Made by a program: the position numbers and the translations under genes. Below the pieces are notes generated by a model. That model was not told the DNA's origin and did not search any database. It worked only from the letters and a program-made list of their open reading frames with translations. This document shows positions 62,391 to 64,000 of a stretch of DNA of 64,000 nucleotides, in pieces. Positions within the stretch are counted from its first letter, which is position 1. Each line of letters starts with the position of its first letter. The stretch covers positions 67,670-131,669 of the forward strand of contig CAKNGB010000001.1 in assembly GCA_930971385.1 (NCBI GenBank), written 5' to 3'. The DNA is from an uncultured Clostridia bacterium (lineage in GTDB: Bacteria; Bacillota; Clostridia; Christensenellales; UBA1242).

Positions 62391-64000
<1,610 letters not shown>

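Overview
This is a low-GC (roughly 38-42% in coding regions, by hand counts) bacterial chromosomal segment that uses the standard code; TGA is a stop, for example at the ends of pth and the VirB4-like gene. Gene content points to a Firmicutes/Clostridia-like organism: SpoIIID, a SpoIIQ-like degenerate M23 protein, and the order glmU-like, pth, mfd. No finer taxonomic call is possible without database searches.

The housekeeping backbone comprises a glmU-like relic, pth, mfd, acpP, spoIIID, uvrB, uvrA, fba, hflX, rpoB and the 5' part of rpoC. Two giant paralogous lipoprotein genes interrupt it: 11891-30106 (6,071 aa) and 46437-57875 (3,812 aa). Together they occupy about 46% of the window. Both are built from Ig-like N-terminal repeats followed by repeated GLUG-type beta-solenoid modules.

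The second giant gene sits 17 nt downstream of an orphan VirB3-VirB4 fusion ATPase, with no other conjugation genes in view. This is the best candidate here for an undescribed system.

Other notable points:
- A sharp compositional break inside the first giant gene, preceding a Gly/Asn-rich C-terminal cassette.
- Two RadC-like JAB paralogs bracketing the uvrB-uvrA region.
- Extra ORFs inserted between uvrB and uvrA and between rpoB and rpoC.
- Several promoters that abut start codons, suggesting leaderless mRNAs.
- An rpoB leader with tandem promoters and a strong intrinsic terminator.
- A degenerate, truncated GlmU homologue.

I saw no tRNA, rRNA, CRISPR array, transposase or integrase. All family assignments rest on motifs read by eye and recalled family signatures; no searches were run.
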